Source of the DNA: Patescibacteria group bacterium
GTDB taxonomy: Bacteria; Patescibacteriota; Patescibacteriia; JAXHNJ01
Assembly: GCA_043812155.1 (NCBI GenBank)
Contig: JBDRMK010000007.1
Location: forward strand, 1 to 62,735
DNA: 62,735 bases
Reading direction: 5' to 3'
In this document: positions 15,578 to 25,205 of the stretch, piece after piece
How positions within the stretch are numbered: position 1 is the first letter of the stretch
How the letters are laid out: each line of letters begins with the position of its first letter
Position numbers and translations under genes: made by a program
The notes under the pieces: generated by a model
Database searches by the model: none
Seen by the model: only the letters and a program-made list of their open reading frames with translations
Told to the model about the DNA's origin: nothing

Positions 15578-18328
15578 ATGGTAAAATTATTTGTTGTTTC
15601 GGAGTTAATAACTGCATTGCTATCAGTTGTGCTGGGGTTATTCGTATTGTATAAAAGAAGAAGTCTTCAAAATTTTATTTGGTTTTGTGTTAGTATATCA
15701 GTTGCTTTGTGGAGTTTAGGCATTGCTTTATTAGTTAATAATACTAGTGATTTTTGGGCGAGATTTTGGATAGAAATATTATATTTTGGTGCAATATTAG
15801 TTCCTGTGTTTTATTTTCATTTTATTATAATTCTTACAAGGTTAAAAGATAAATATTCATTAGTAGTCAAATTAGGATATGTAATTTCAGTATTCTTTTT
15901 AATTATCAGTTTCACTCCATTATTTATTAAAGGAACTCCTCCATTATTTGGATTTAGGCATTGGATTTCTATCGGACCATTATATTATTCTTATTTTGCG
16001 TATTTTACTATTTATATTCTAATGAGTATTTTTGTACTTATTAGTGTTTTACGAGTAAGTTTTGGTATTATACGAAATCAGATTAAATACATTTTAATTG
16101 CGGGAATAATTGGTTTTAGTGGCGGCGTAACCGCCTTTTTTCCACAATTATTTGGTATCTATCCTTTTGGTAGTTATTTCGTAGGTTTTTATATAGTAGC
16201 AGTTGCATATGCAATAGTTAAACATCGTTTAATGGATATTCGTGTTATTATTACTCGTTCAATTATTTATTTCTTTCTTGTTTTGTTTGTCGCCGCTATG
16301 TTTACTGGTATCACATTTGTTACGGGTTTATTATTTGAACAGACTTTAGGAGCTAATAAATTATTAGTTACTTTAGGTTCATCAATAATAATCGTGGCTT
16401 TATTGGATCCCATTAAACGTTTGATTTCTCGTACCACTGATTCCGTGTTCTTTAAAGCCAAAATTGAATATCCCATACTCTTGCGTGATCTTTCGGAAGT
16501 TATTTCCACGGAGATTGAAATTGACGCGTTAGTTGAGAACTTAACTAAAAGATTGGATTCTGGTTTGAAGGTTAAAAATTCCATTTTGGTTCTGCAGAGC
16601 AAAGATGGTTCTTTTCGGGTAAGGACTTTAGGTCATCCTCATACTGAACCTTTGGTTTTTGAGCAGAATAACCCGCTTATCAAATATTTAAATAAAGAAG
16701 ATAAAACCATTATTACCGAGGAATTGCAAAGAAAGATTGAAGATACTACGGAAGAAAAAGGCAAAGCGGAACTTGAAAAATCCATGATTGAATTGGAAAA
16801 AATTCAGGCCTCGGCCATTGCGCCCGTAAAGACAAAAGAAAAACTTAATGCCGTATTATTATTTGGGCCTAAGCTTTCCGGCGATGTTATTAACCGCGAG
16901 GAAATTAACCTCATTGAAGTTTTGACCCCGCAAATCGCTTCCGCCATTGAAAAGTCAAAACTTTTTGAAGAGGTAAAAGGCTTCAGCGAAACCTTGCAGA
17001 AAAAAGTAGATGACGCGACTGTAGAATTGTCCGAAAGAAACCGGTTTTTGCTGTCTTTGCAGAAAGTGACTAATGTCATCACGCGGTCGCTGGATTTGAA
17101 TAAAGCGGCCCAGACCATTGTCAATTCCATCCAGAAAGATCTGGGTTATGTCGGAGGCCTCTTGCTATTAATTGATAAGGAAAAAGACCGCATATATCCG
17201 GCCGCCATTACCCAGAGCAAATTGACGGAAAAGACCTTGAAACTTCTGCCCAAACCGATTTACGAGTACTACAGTTCTTATTCGGAAGATACGACCCTGG
17301 ACACCAAGGCGGCCAAAGAGCAGAAAATCAAGATCGGCAACGGTTTTGAAGATTTTGTCTCGCCGCCGATTCCCAAATTGGTCTGCCAGGGGATTGATAA
17401 ATTATTAAAAGTAAAATCCTTGGTGGCGGTGCCGATTTTCTCGGAAAACGAAGTCATTGGCATTATTGATTTTGTCCTGCAAAAACCAAAGGAAGAAATT
17501 TCCGAAAGAGAAATAGACCTAATGAAATCCCTGGCTGACCAGACTGGGATTGTGTACCGGAATTTAAAACTTTTTGAGCAGATCAAAAAAGCCAATGAAG
17601 AGCTTGAAGAAGCCAACGTCCGTTTGAAAGCTCTTGACCAAGCCAAGACCGAATTCGTTTCCATTGCTTCCCATCAGTTGCGCACCCCGATGACCGGCAT
17701 TATGGGTTATCTGTCCATGTTGACCTCCGGCGACTTTGGCAAGCTGAAAGAAGAGCATTTGAAGATCTTGAAAGAACTCTTAGATGAAAGCCAGCGCATG
17801 ATCCGGCTTATTAACCAATTCTTGAATGTCAGCAAGATTGAAGCCGGCAAATTCGAGCTGACCAAGCGCGAGGTAAGCCTGGAAAACGTGATGGCTGAGA
17901 AGATCAAGGAAATCACCCAAGCCGCGGAAAAGAAAAACCTTAAATTGATCTATAATCCGCCTAAGAAAAAATTGCCACAAGTTTACGCCGATCCGGATAA
18001 ATTAAGCGATATCATCTTAAACCTGATTGATAATGCCATTAAATATACTAATAAAGGCAGCGTAACCGTGAGTATGGAGCATAAAGATTCGGAAATTCAG
18101 GTATCGGTCAAAGACACTGGCGTGGGCATTAAGAAAGAAGACGCGAAAGAATTATTCGGCAAGTTTCAGAGAGGTACGGGTATCGCCAGAATCCAGCCGG
18201 ACGGCTCGGGTTTAGGCTTATTCATCGCCAAGAGCGTGGTGGAAGGGCATCATGGACGGATATGGGCGGAAAGCGCGGGCGAAGGCAAGGGAAGCACGTT
18301 TTTCTTTACGATACCGATAAAAAAGTAA
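15578..18328 (+). CDS. sensor histidine kinase with N-terminal 7TM domain, GAF-like regions, HisKA and HATPase_c
   Basis: H-box SIASHQLRTPMT, N-box NLIDNAIKYT, G-boxes DTGVGI and GSGLGL; 916 aa. Confidence 0.9.
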   Translation: MVKLFVVSELITALLSVVLGLFVLYKRRSLQNFIWFCVSISVALWSLGIALLVNNTSDFWARFWIEILYFGAILVPVFYFHFIIILTRLKDKYSLVVKLGYVISVFFLIISFTPLFIKGTPPLFGFRHWISIGPLYYSYFAYFTIYILMSIFVLISVLRVSFGIIRNQIKYILIAGIIGFSGGVTAFFPQLFGIYPFGSYFVGFYIVAVAYAIVKHRLMDIRVIITRSIIYFFLVLFVAAMFTGITFVTGLLFEQTLGANKLLVTLGSSIIIVALLDPIKRLISRTTDSVFFKAKIEYPILLRDLSEVISTEIEIDALVENLTKRLDSGLKVKNSILVLQSKDGSFRVRTLGHPHTEPLVFEQNNPLIKYLNKEDKTIITEELQRKIEDTTEEKGKAELEKSMIELEKIQASAIAPVKTKEKLNAVLLFGPKLSGDVINREEINLIEVLTPQIASAIEKSKLFEEVKGFSETLQKKVDDATVELSERNRFLLSLQKVTNVITRSLDLNKAAQTIVNSIQKDLGYVGGLLLLIDKEKDRIYPAAITQSKLTEKTLKLLPKPIYEYYSSYSEDTTLDTKAAKEQKIKIGNGFEDFVSPPIPKLVCQGIDKLLKVKSLVAVPIFSENEVIGIIDFVLQKPKEEISEREIDLMKSLADQTGIVYRNLKLFEQIKKANEELEEANVRLKALDQAKTEFVSIASHQLRTPMTGIMGYLSMLTSGDFGKLKEEHLKILKELLDESQRMIRLINQFLNVSKIEAGKFELTKREVSLENVMAEKIKEITQAAEKKNLKLIYNPPKKKLPQVYADPDKLSDIILNLIDNAIKYTNKGSVTVSMEHKDSEIQVSVKDTGVGIKKEDAKELFGKFQRGTGIARIQPDGSGLGLFIAKSVVEGHHGRIWAESAGEGKGSTFFFTIPIKK

Positions 18329-18333
18329 TTTTA

Positions 18334-18434
18334 CCCGCTGTCATACTGAGCCCTGAGCCGCGGCGAAGGTGTCGAAGTATAGACAGCGGCCATAATTAAG
18401 CGTCACCCTTCGAGGCTTCGCACCTCAGAGTGAC
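18334..18434. repeat. GC-rich REP-like double hairpin
   Basis: cccgctgtc...gacagcgg and gtcac...gtgac, with an internal ggcgaagg motif. Confidence 0.5.
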
Positions 18435-18446
18435 AGGATAAAATAT

Positions 18447-18860
18447 ATGCGCCAAACGAAAAAAATATTAATCGTCGAAGATGAGGTTCTGACTACTCAG
18501 ATGTACAAGGATGCTTTCGGGAAAATGGGTTATTATTTGTACGCGGTCAAGAACAAGGTGGAAGCCTTAAAGAAGATAAAAGAAGAACAGCCGGCCATGA
18601 TCCTTCTGGACCTGCTTATCCCGACCGAGGACGGCGAGTTTGGGAAGTTTGATTTCCGGACGCCGATCGGCCTGGATATTCTGAAGTCGGTTAAGCAGGA
18701 TCCAGCCACGAAAGACACCAAAGTGGTGGTTTTGACGAATTTGGAAAACGACCAGGCCCGCTTGGGGGCGAAGTCCGCCGGGGCCAATGACTTTATCATC
18801 AAAACCGAACTGACGCCAAGCCAGGTTGCCGAAAGGGTGATTGGGTTGCTAGAGTCTTGA
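18447..18860 (+). CDS. single-domain response regulator (receiver only)
   Basis: ILIVEDE, phospho-acceptor context ILLDLLIP, VVVLTN and a conserved Lys region; 137 aa. Confidence 0.85.
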   Translation: MRQTKKILIVEDEVLTTQMYKDAFGKMGYYLYAVKNKVEALKKIKEEQPAMILLDLLIPTEDGEFGKFDFRTPIGLDILKSVKQDPATKDTKVVVLTNLENDQARLGAKSAGANDFIIKTELTPSQVAERVIGLLES

Positions 18861-18895
18861 GTTTTGAGAATTGAGCGGTGAGGCGGACGAGGGTT

Positions 18896-19023
18896 AAAAT
18901 CCTAAACTCTAAATTCGAAACTCTAAACAATATCTAAATTCTAATTTTCTAAATCCCAAACCGGTTTGAAACATTCGGGTTTAGAATTTGTTTAGGATTT
19001 AGAAATTAGGATTTAGGATTTAA
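18896..19023. repeat. long imperfect low-complexity hairpin, no ORF
   Basis: aaaatcctaaactctaaattcgaaactctaaacaa...cccaaaccggtttgaaacattcgggtttagaatttgtttaggatttagaaattaggatttagg. Confidence 0.7.
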
Positions 19024-19074
19024 GGTAAATCAATAACATTATGCCATGTAATAATACAAGATGGTTATTTTATT

Positions 19075-19102
19075 TTACATTCGGCTGAAAATATAGTATA
19101 AT
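19075..19102 (+). promoter_or_regulatory. sigma70-like promoter of the hydrogenase genes
   Basis: TTACAT, 16-nt spacer, TATAAT. Confidence 0.45.
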
Positions 19103-19111
19103 ATATCTAAC

Positions 19112-20089
19112 ATGAAAATTATAGATATCCATAAGATCATCAAGGGTTTGAACAAAAAATACCGGATTTACGCCCCGCAAAACCTTAAGGGACGTCTTTT
19201 GTTTAAAGAGCTTAAAAGTCCGAAAAATTTTGACTATACCGGCCGGATCCCGGAAAATTCCTTTAAAGACATCTTATTTCCCGACGGCCATGTCTTGTAC
19301 GAATATGAGGGAACCGAAATAAAGACGCCGAAATACGAGGAGCCGGAACTCTGCCTTTTCGGCCTTACGATCTTTGATATCCGGGCTTTGGATTTTATCA
19401 ATCACGTCTTGGAAAAAGACCCGTATTTCCAGGCCCGCTGCCGCAAGATCGTCATTGTCGGCCAGTCTTACGTGCCGGAAGTGGGCGACGCGGCGGATGA
19501 GATTGAAAAGGATTATGAAGACAAAGTTTTGGAGCACGTGCGGTTTGATATTTTTATCAAAAGAATCGATAAAAGCAATTTTAAACTTTACACCGGCTCA
19601 CGCAAAGGCCAGAAGATCCTGGAATTTTTGGGCTTTCCCGATTATGAGCATATTGAATTTCGGGGCTTGGAGTGCGATTTTGAACCGGCCGGAACCAATA
19701 AAAAGAATATCTTGAAAACTTATAAAAAACCAATCTGGGAGCAGTGGGGCAAGCTCTGCCTTAATTGCGCCAAGTGCACGGTTTCCTGCCCGACCTGCTA
19801 TTGTTTTGAATTGGAAAATATTTCCACCGGCAAGAACCAGGGGAAAGTGATTAGGAAATGGTCCAGCTGTTTTCAAACCGAGTTTTCCGAAGTGGCAGGC
19901 AGGGCCAAGTTTTTAAAAAATTCCACGGACCGGATCTACAACTGGTATTACCACAAGCACGTGAGAAATCATGATGAATTGTGCCTGGTCGGCTGCGTGG
20001 GCTGCGGCCGCTGCGACCGGGTCTGCCCGGCCGGCATTAAGCGTCTGGAAGTTTTAAATTCCCTTAAATCCAAAAAAAATGCGCAATAA
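19112..20089 (+). CDS. group-3b-type hydrogenase beta subunit (4Fe-4S protein, AsrA/HydB-like)
   Basis: CLNCAKCTVSCPTCYC and CVGCGRCDRVCP cluster motifs, and its position ahead of the gamma subunit. Confidence 0.8.
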   Translation: MKIIDIHKIIKGLNKKYRIYAPQNLKGRLLFKELKSPKNFDYTGRIPENSFKDILFPDGHVLYEYEGTEIKTPKYEEPELCLFGLTIFDIRALDFINHVLEKDPYFQARCRKIVIVGQSYVPEVGDAADEIEKDYEDKVLEHVRFDIFIKRIDKSNFKLYTGSRKGQKILEFLGFPDYEHIEFRGLECDFEPAGTNKKNILKTYKKPIWEQWGKLCLNCAKCTVSCPTCYCFELENISTGKNQGKVIRKWSSCFQTEFSEVAGRAKFLKNSTDRIYNWYYHKHVRNHDELCLVGCVGCGRCDRVCPAGIKRLEVLNSLKSKKNAQ

Positions 20090-20909
20090 TTTTATCCCTC
20101 GGGAAGTAAAAGTATTGGAAGTGTCAAAAGATTCCATTGACACTAAGCTTTTTACTTTGGCATATTCTGCCAAAAAGGAGCAGCAAGAATTTTCCTTTGA
20201 GCACGGACAGTTCATGATGTTCGGGCTTCCGGGGATAGGCGAATCCGCTTTTGATATATGCTCGTCTTCAAAAAATAATAAGAGATTTTTTCAATTAAAT
20301 GTCCGTTTAGTCGGCAAAGTGACCAAAAAATTGCATGAATTGAAAAAAGGCGGCACCGCCTGGGTCAGGGGGCCTTTTGGCCGGGGCTTTCCCATGAGGA
20401 AAATTAGTAACCGGAATTTGCTTCTGATCGGCGGCGGCTGCGGCAGCGTCACTTTGCGTTCTTTGATCCTTGACCATCTGGACGGTCGTCTAAATCCAAA
20501 AAATTCGGTTCAGGTTTTTTACGGCTGCTTGAACGAAAAAACTTTGCAGTTTAAGAATGAATACGGGCTTTGGAAAAAGAAAATAGAATTGAATATCGTT
20601 TTAGACAAGCCTTCGGCGGCCTGGAAAGGGGAGAAAGGCCTGATCACGAAATTATTTCAGACGGTAAAAATCGCGGCCAAGCCGGTGGCCATCCTTTGCG
20701 GCCCGCCGGTCATGTATAAATTCGTCATCGCCGAATTGAAAAAACTCAATGTTCCGGACGAAGATATTTATGTTTCTTTGGAAAGAAGGATGTCCTGCGG
20801 GATCGGCACCTGCCAGCACTGCGCGGTCGGTTCCAAATACGCTTGCAAAGACGGCCCGGTGTTCAGTTTAGCAGAGATAGGCTCAAGTCATATGTTAGGC
20901 GCTTATTAA
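20079..20909 (+). CDS. hydrogenase gamma subunit (FAD/NAD(P)-binding, 2Fe-2S; HydG-like)
   Basis: Ferredoxin-reductase-type fold motifs (LLLIGGGCG) and C-terminal CGIGTCQHC. Confidence 0.8.
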   Translation: MRNNFIPREVKVLEVSKDSIDTKLFTLAYSAKKEQQEFSFEHGQFMMFGLPGIGESAFDICSSSKNNKRFFQLNVRLVGKVTKKLHELKKGGTAWVRGPFGRGFPMRKISNRNLLLIGGGCGSVTLRSLILDHLDGRLNPKNSVQVFYGCLNEKTLQFKNEYGLWKKKIELNIVLDKPSAAWKGEKGLITKLFQTVKIAAKPVAILCGPPVMYKFVIAELKKLNVPDEDIYVSLERRMSCGIGTCQHCAVGSKYACKDGPVFSLAEIGSSHMLGAY

Positions 20910-20982
20910 CTCTTTTGTTGTGGTCTTAAGTTATAGGGTATGGCTGCTAGTATGGTCATAGGGTATAGTTATTGGTCTTTTA

Positions 20983-21132
20983 CAAATTCAAAGCACAAAG
21001 CACTAAGCACAAAACAAATTCAAAATTCAAATATCAAAATTATAAACACGATTCTCCGTCTAGCCGCGTTTTGGATTTCGTATTTTGAACATTAGATATT
21101 GTTTTGGATTTTGTGCTTTGGATTTTGGATTT
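20983..21132. repeat. long imperfect low-complexity hairpin, no ORF, directly upstream of hypC
   Basis: caaattcaaagcacaaagcactaagcacaaaacaaattc... is mirrored by ...gttttggattttgtgctttggattttggattt. Confidence 0.65.
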
Positions 21133-21174
21133 AAAACGGCTAATCAACGCTTTATTACGAATTTCAATAATACT

Positions 21175-21372
21175 ATGTGTCTATCCATCCCCGGTAAAAT
21201 CAAATCGATTAAAAGCAAGACTTTTACGATTGATTATGGTTCAGAAAAAAGATGTATCGGAAAAAGCCTAGTAGGGGTTAAAAAAGGGGACTGGGTGCTG
21301 GTCCAGAATAAGACGATTGTGAAGAAAATGCCGGAAAAACAAGCGCGAGAAGTATTAAGTTTATTAAGTTAA
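21175..21372 (+). CDS. hypC: hydrogenase maturation chaperone HypC
   Basis: Starts MCLSIPGKI (essential Cys2) and contains GDWVLVQ. The ORF-track start at 21085 lies in the hairpin arm. Confidence 0.85.
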   Translation: MCLSIPGKIKSIKSKTFTIDYGSEKRCIGKSLVGVKKGDWVLVQNKTIVKKMPEKQAREVLSLLS

Positions 21373-21395
21373 TTTAGTTAATTAAGATTATAAAC

Positions 21396-22304
21396 ATGAA
21401 AAAAGGATATTTATTAGTTATTTCTACCGCCTTTATCTCAGGGCTATCCATTTACCTGAACAAATTTTCCGTCAGCGTGATAAATCCTTATGTCTTTACG
21501 ACTTTAAAAAACGTGGTAGTGGCCGTTTTTCTTTTAAGTTTAATTCTGGTTTTTAGAAAATGGGAAGAAATAAAAAAATTGACGAAGAAAGACGCTTTAA
21601 AATTGATCGCTATCGGCTTGATCGGCGGGGCCATTCCGTTCCTGCTTTTTTTCAAAGGCTTATCCATGACTTCGGCCGCCAAAGGCGGATTTATCCATAA
21701 AACCATGTTTTTATCCGTGGCTATCCTGGCGGTTGTCTTTTTGAAAGAAAAGATCAATAAGAAATTATTTCTGGGAATACTGGCGCTTTTAGCCGGAACC
21801 CTGCTTTTAGTTAAGCTGACCCCAAGCGCCTTGAATAAAGGCGATTTATTAGTATTTTTGGCGGTCTTGCTTTGGTCTTTTGAGCAGATCGTTTCCAAGC
21901 ATGTATTGAAGAAATTAAGCGGCCTGACCGTGGCTTGGGGAAGGATTTTTTTCGGTTCAATATTCTTATTAATATTCTTAGGCCTCACTGGACAGTTGAA
22001 TGGCCTTTCTCATTTGACCGCCAGCCAGATCAGCTGGACGCTTCTGACGGCGGTTTTATTAATCGGCTACGTAATAACTTATTACACGGGTTTGAAAAAA
22101 TTGCCGGTTTCCGTGGCGGCCTGTTTGCTGGCCTTAGGGGCGCCGATCACCGTTCTTCTTAGCCTTATCTTTGACCGTAAAATAATCAGTCTTTTTGAGA
22201 TCAGCGGCTTGTTATTAATATCCCTGGGTGTGTTTTTGGTCACGGACTTGTTCACTTATTTGCGCTCTTTAAAAGGAAAAATTTATGTCCGCCCTGGGTC
22301 TTAA
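21396..22304 (+). CDS. EamA/DMT-family transporter
   Basis: Ten predicted TM segments in two EamA-like halves; 302 aa. Confidence 0.8.
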   Translation: MKKGYLLVISTAFISGLSIYLNKFSVSVINPYVFTTLKNVVVAVFLLSLILVFRKWEEIKKLTKKDALKLIAIGLIGGAIPFLLFFKGLSMTSAAKGGFIHKTMFLSVAILAVVFLKEKINKKLFLGILALLAGTLLLVKLTPSALNKGDLLVFLAVLLWSFEQIVSKHVLKKLSGLTVAWGRIFFGSIFLLIFLGLTGQLNGLSHLTASQISWTLLTAVLLIGYVITYYTGLKKLPVSVAACLLALGAPITVLLSLIFDRKIISLFEISGLLLISLGVFLVTDLFTYLRSLKGKIYVRPGS

Positions 22305-23013
22305 ATTAGCCGCACGGTATTCCTACCGGCCTTTTTCCCTGGGATTTTGCGGACCACAAGGTTTCCAGGCAAAAAAAACAATTACCCACTATTTGCTGGG
22401 AGAGAAAAATATTGAAAAAGAGGTGAAAGCTGTGTTCAAGAAATTCGTCGGCGCTTATCCTTACTACCAGCTGATCGCCTGGAAAAACGGCCTCAAAGAT
22501 GTGTTTAATGAAAAGGTCATTGAAGCCTATTGGGTGGGCAACAAGCTTCTGGAAAAGGTTTCTAAAAAAGATATCGCTTTGATGATCTTAGGGGCATTTT
22601 CTTTCCCGGGGTGGCTTCCTTTACCGGCGGCCAAAAAAATAATTGAAGATCTTCCCATCTCCGCCTTACCGCACCACACTTTTCACGTTTTGTTCCTCGG
22701 CTCGGTCACGGACACGGTAGCGATAAAAGGCAAAGCGATAGATTTATGCCGGATATCTTGGGGACAGGTAAAAAAGGTGAGCGGCGATAAATTGACCCTG
22801 GAATACAAGCCCCTGGTATTAAAACCCCGGCCCAGATTAGCCGGGAAGATAAAGAAGAAAATTTCTTATGAGCCGAATTTCGGGATTAAAATCAAAGCCG
22901 GCGACTGGGTCTCGTTTCACTGGGATTTCGTCTGCGACAAAATAAATAAAAATCAAGTAAATAATTTAGAAAAATACACTTTGCAAAATTTAAAGTTATA
23001 TGCCCAAAAATAA
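22285..23013 (+). CDS. hypothetical protein inside the hydrogenase cluster with a HypC-like C-terminal segment
   Basis: The C-terminal AGDWVSFHWDFVCDKI resembles the GDWVLVHVGFA motif of HypC/HupF. The rest is unrecognised. Confidence 0.55.
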   Translation: MSALGLKLAARYSYRPFSLGFCGPQGFQAKKTITHYLLGEKNIEKEVKAVFKKFVGAYPYYQLIAWKNGLKDVFNEKVIEAYWVGNKLLEKVSKKDIALMILGAFSFPGWLPLPAAKKIIEDLPISALPHHTFHVLFLGSVTDTVAIKGKAIDLCRISWGQVKKVSGDKLTLEYKPLVLKPRPRLAGKIKKKISYEPNFGIKIKAGDWVSFHWDFVCDKINKNQVNNLEKYTLQNLKLYAQK

Positions 23014-23755
23014 GAAGAAAAAAGTCATCTCCATCATTTCTCTGACCTGCTGTGAAGGCTGCCAGTTCGCCATTTTGGATTTGGGGCCTCGCTTAGTGGA
23101 ATTACTCAAAGATTTTGATCTAAGGGAATTTCATCTTGTGATGGATGACAAGTCGCTGAAACCTCTGGATATTATTATTGTGGAAGGAACGCCTATCACA
23201 AAAGAAAATTTCAAGAAATTAGAAGAGGCGAGAAAGCGGGCGAAAGTCCTGGTCGCTTTAGGTTCCTGCGCCCATTTAGGCGGATTCCAGCAGTTGAAAA
23301 ATTACGGGGATAAAATAAAGCATTTAAATTATGTCTATAAATTTCCCAAAGGTTTGGATAATCCGGAGATCAGGCCGATCTCGGATTTCGTGAAAGTTGA
23401 TTTTACGATTCCCGGCTGTCCGATAAACAATGAGGAATTTGCGAGAATTATGGCTGATCTGCGCGATGATAAGATTCCCCATATTCCCGACCGGACCGTG
23501 TGCTGGGAATGCCAGTTAAAAGGCAACGAGTGCCTATTGCAGAAAGGCCTGCCTTGCTACGGTCCGGTGATCTTAGGCGGCTGCGACGCGGTCTGCCCTA
23601 CTCATGGTTTTCCCTGTTATGCCTGCCGGGGCCCGGTACGCGAGCCAAATATTGAATCCCTGCGCGAGATATTCAAAAAGAACGGCCATGAAAAGGATTT
23701 TGAAGTTTTGATGCAGGAATTCGGCGCAGCGGACGAGGTTTTGGGGAACCACTAA
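23000..23755 (+). CDS. NiFe hydrogenase small (delta) subunit
   Basis: CCEGCQ proximal-cluster motif, GSCA, and C-terminal Cys-rich CPxxGxPC motifs. Confidence 0.85.
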   Translation: MPKNKKKKVISIISLTCCEGCQFAILDLGPRLVELLKDFDLREFHLVMDDKSLKPLDIIIVEGTPITKENFKKLEEARKRAKVLVALGSCAHLGGFQQLKNYGDKIKHLNYVYKFPKGLDNPEIRPISDFVKVDFTIPGCPINNEEFARIMADLRDDKIPHIPDRTVCWECQLKGNECLLQKGLPCYGPVILGGCDAVCPTHGFPCYACRGPVREPNIESLREIFKKNGHEKDFEVLMQEFGAADEVLGNH

Positions 23756-23811
23756 TCTTTAATTTTTCTAATTCATAGCGACTTTAGTCGCGTACGACAA
23801 TAAATACCAAC

Positions 23812-23855
23812 GCCACTTCAGCCAAAGGCTGATCCGCCCCGGGCGGAAAAGTGGC
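23812..23855. repeat. GC-rich REP-like three-stem element between the small and large subunit genes
   Basis: gccactt..aagtggc encloses cagcc-aaa-ggctg and ccgcc-ccg-ggcgg. Confidence 0.45.
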
Positions 23856-23948
23856 TGTGAAAAAATGATTTAGACTAAGATTAGCTTATAGAGTTTAAAG
23901 TGAAAAAATTCGTGTTAATTCGTGAAATAAAATTAGTGGATAAAAGAT

Positions 23949-25199
23949 ATGAAAATAAATATTGAACACGTTTCCAAAATCGAAGGCCATGGCGGTTTTG
24001 AAGCCGAGTTATTTTCCGGTCAGATAAAAAACGCCATTATGCGGACCAAAGAGGGAGCCAGATTGGTGGAAGGAATTTTACGAGGCCGGGATTATCATGA
24101 GGCTTTTGTCATCACGCCGCGGATTTGCGGGGTCTGTCCGGTGGTTCACAATTTGGCCGCAATTAAGGCTTTAGAAAACGCTCTAGGCGTCAAAGTCAGC
24201 CCCCAGACGGTTATTTTGCGCAAGGCTATGGAATACGGCCAGCTGATCCAAAGCCACGCTTTGCACGCTTATTTCATGGCCATGGGCGATTATTTCGGTC
24301 TGGACAGCGGCTTGGATTTAGTGAAAAAATTTCCCCAAATTTCCCAGGAAGCTTTGGCGGTGCGGGAGCTGGGCAATAAGATCATTGATTATATCGGCGG
24401 CCGGACCATTCATCCGCTTAAAACCAGAGTTGGGGGTTTTACCAAATTGCCAAACCGGGAAAAAATAAATTGGATTATTAAAAATATTGACCCAGCGATT
24501 GTTTCTGCTCTAAAGATAGTTGACCTTTACCGAAAGATAAAATTTCCGAAGTTTTGGCGGCCGACGGAATTCCTGGGTTTAAAAAATCCGAAAGAGTACG
24601 CTATTTACGAAGGCAATATCGCGACTACGGACGGCCTGAACATTCCGGTCAAGAAATTTGAGCATAATATAGAGGAGATCCAGATTCCTTATATGATGGC
24701 CAAGCGGGCCCATTATAAAGGCAAGCCATACATGGTCGGATCTTTGGCGCGGCTGCATTTGAATCGGCAGAAATTAAATCAAAAAGCCAAGGGATTATTA
24801 AAGTATATGCCGAAGTTTCCCAACTATAATAATTTTTATAATCTTTTTGCCCAAACGATTGAAATGGTCCATTGTTTGTCGGAAACGAAAAAATTACTGG
24901 CTCAATATTTGAAAATGAAAGAAGGCAAACCTTGCGTGGAATATAAAATCAAAGCCGGAAAAGGAGTGGGCTCGGTGGAAGCGCCCCGTGGCACGCTTTA
25001 CCATTATTATGAGCTTGACAGCCAGTGGAAGATCGTGAATTGCAATTTAATCACCCCGACGGTTCAAATGCTGGCCAACCTGGAAAGCGACTTGGCGAAA
25101 TGGATCCCGGAGATGAAATACAAGGCCATTGAGCGCGATAAAAAAATCCAGATGTTGATCCGGGCCTATGATCCGTGTATGACCTGCGCGACGCATTAG
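23949..25199 (+). CDS. NiFe hydrogenase large (alpha) subunit
   Basis: N-terminal RICGVCPVVH and C-terminal DPCMTCATH nickel-binding motifs. The ORF stops immediately after the His. Confidence 0.9.
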   Translation: MKINIEHVSKIEGHGGFEAELFSGQIKNAIMRTKEGARLVEGILRGRDYHEAFVITPRICGVCPVVHNLAAIKALENALGVKVSPQTVILRKAMEYGQLIQSHALHAYFMAMGDYFGLDSGLDLVKKFPQISQEALAVRELGNKIIDYIGGRTIHPLKTRVGGFTKLPNREKINWIIKNIDPAIVSALKIVDLYRKIKFPKFWRPTEFLGLKNPKEYAIYEGNIATTDGLNIPVKKFEHNIEEIQIPYMMAKRAHYKGKPYMVGSLARLHLNRQKLNQKAKGLLKYMPKFPNYNNFYNLFAQTIEMVHCLSETKKLLAQYLKMKEGKPCVEYKIKAGKGVGSVEAPRGTLYHYYELDSQWKIVNCNLITPTVQMLANLESDLAKWIPEMKYKAIERDKKIQMLIRAYDPCMTCATH

Positions 25200-25205
25200 A
25201 CTGTT

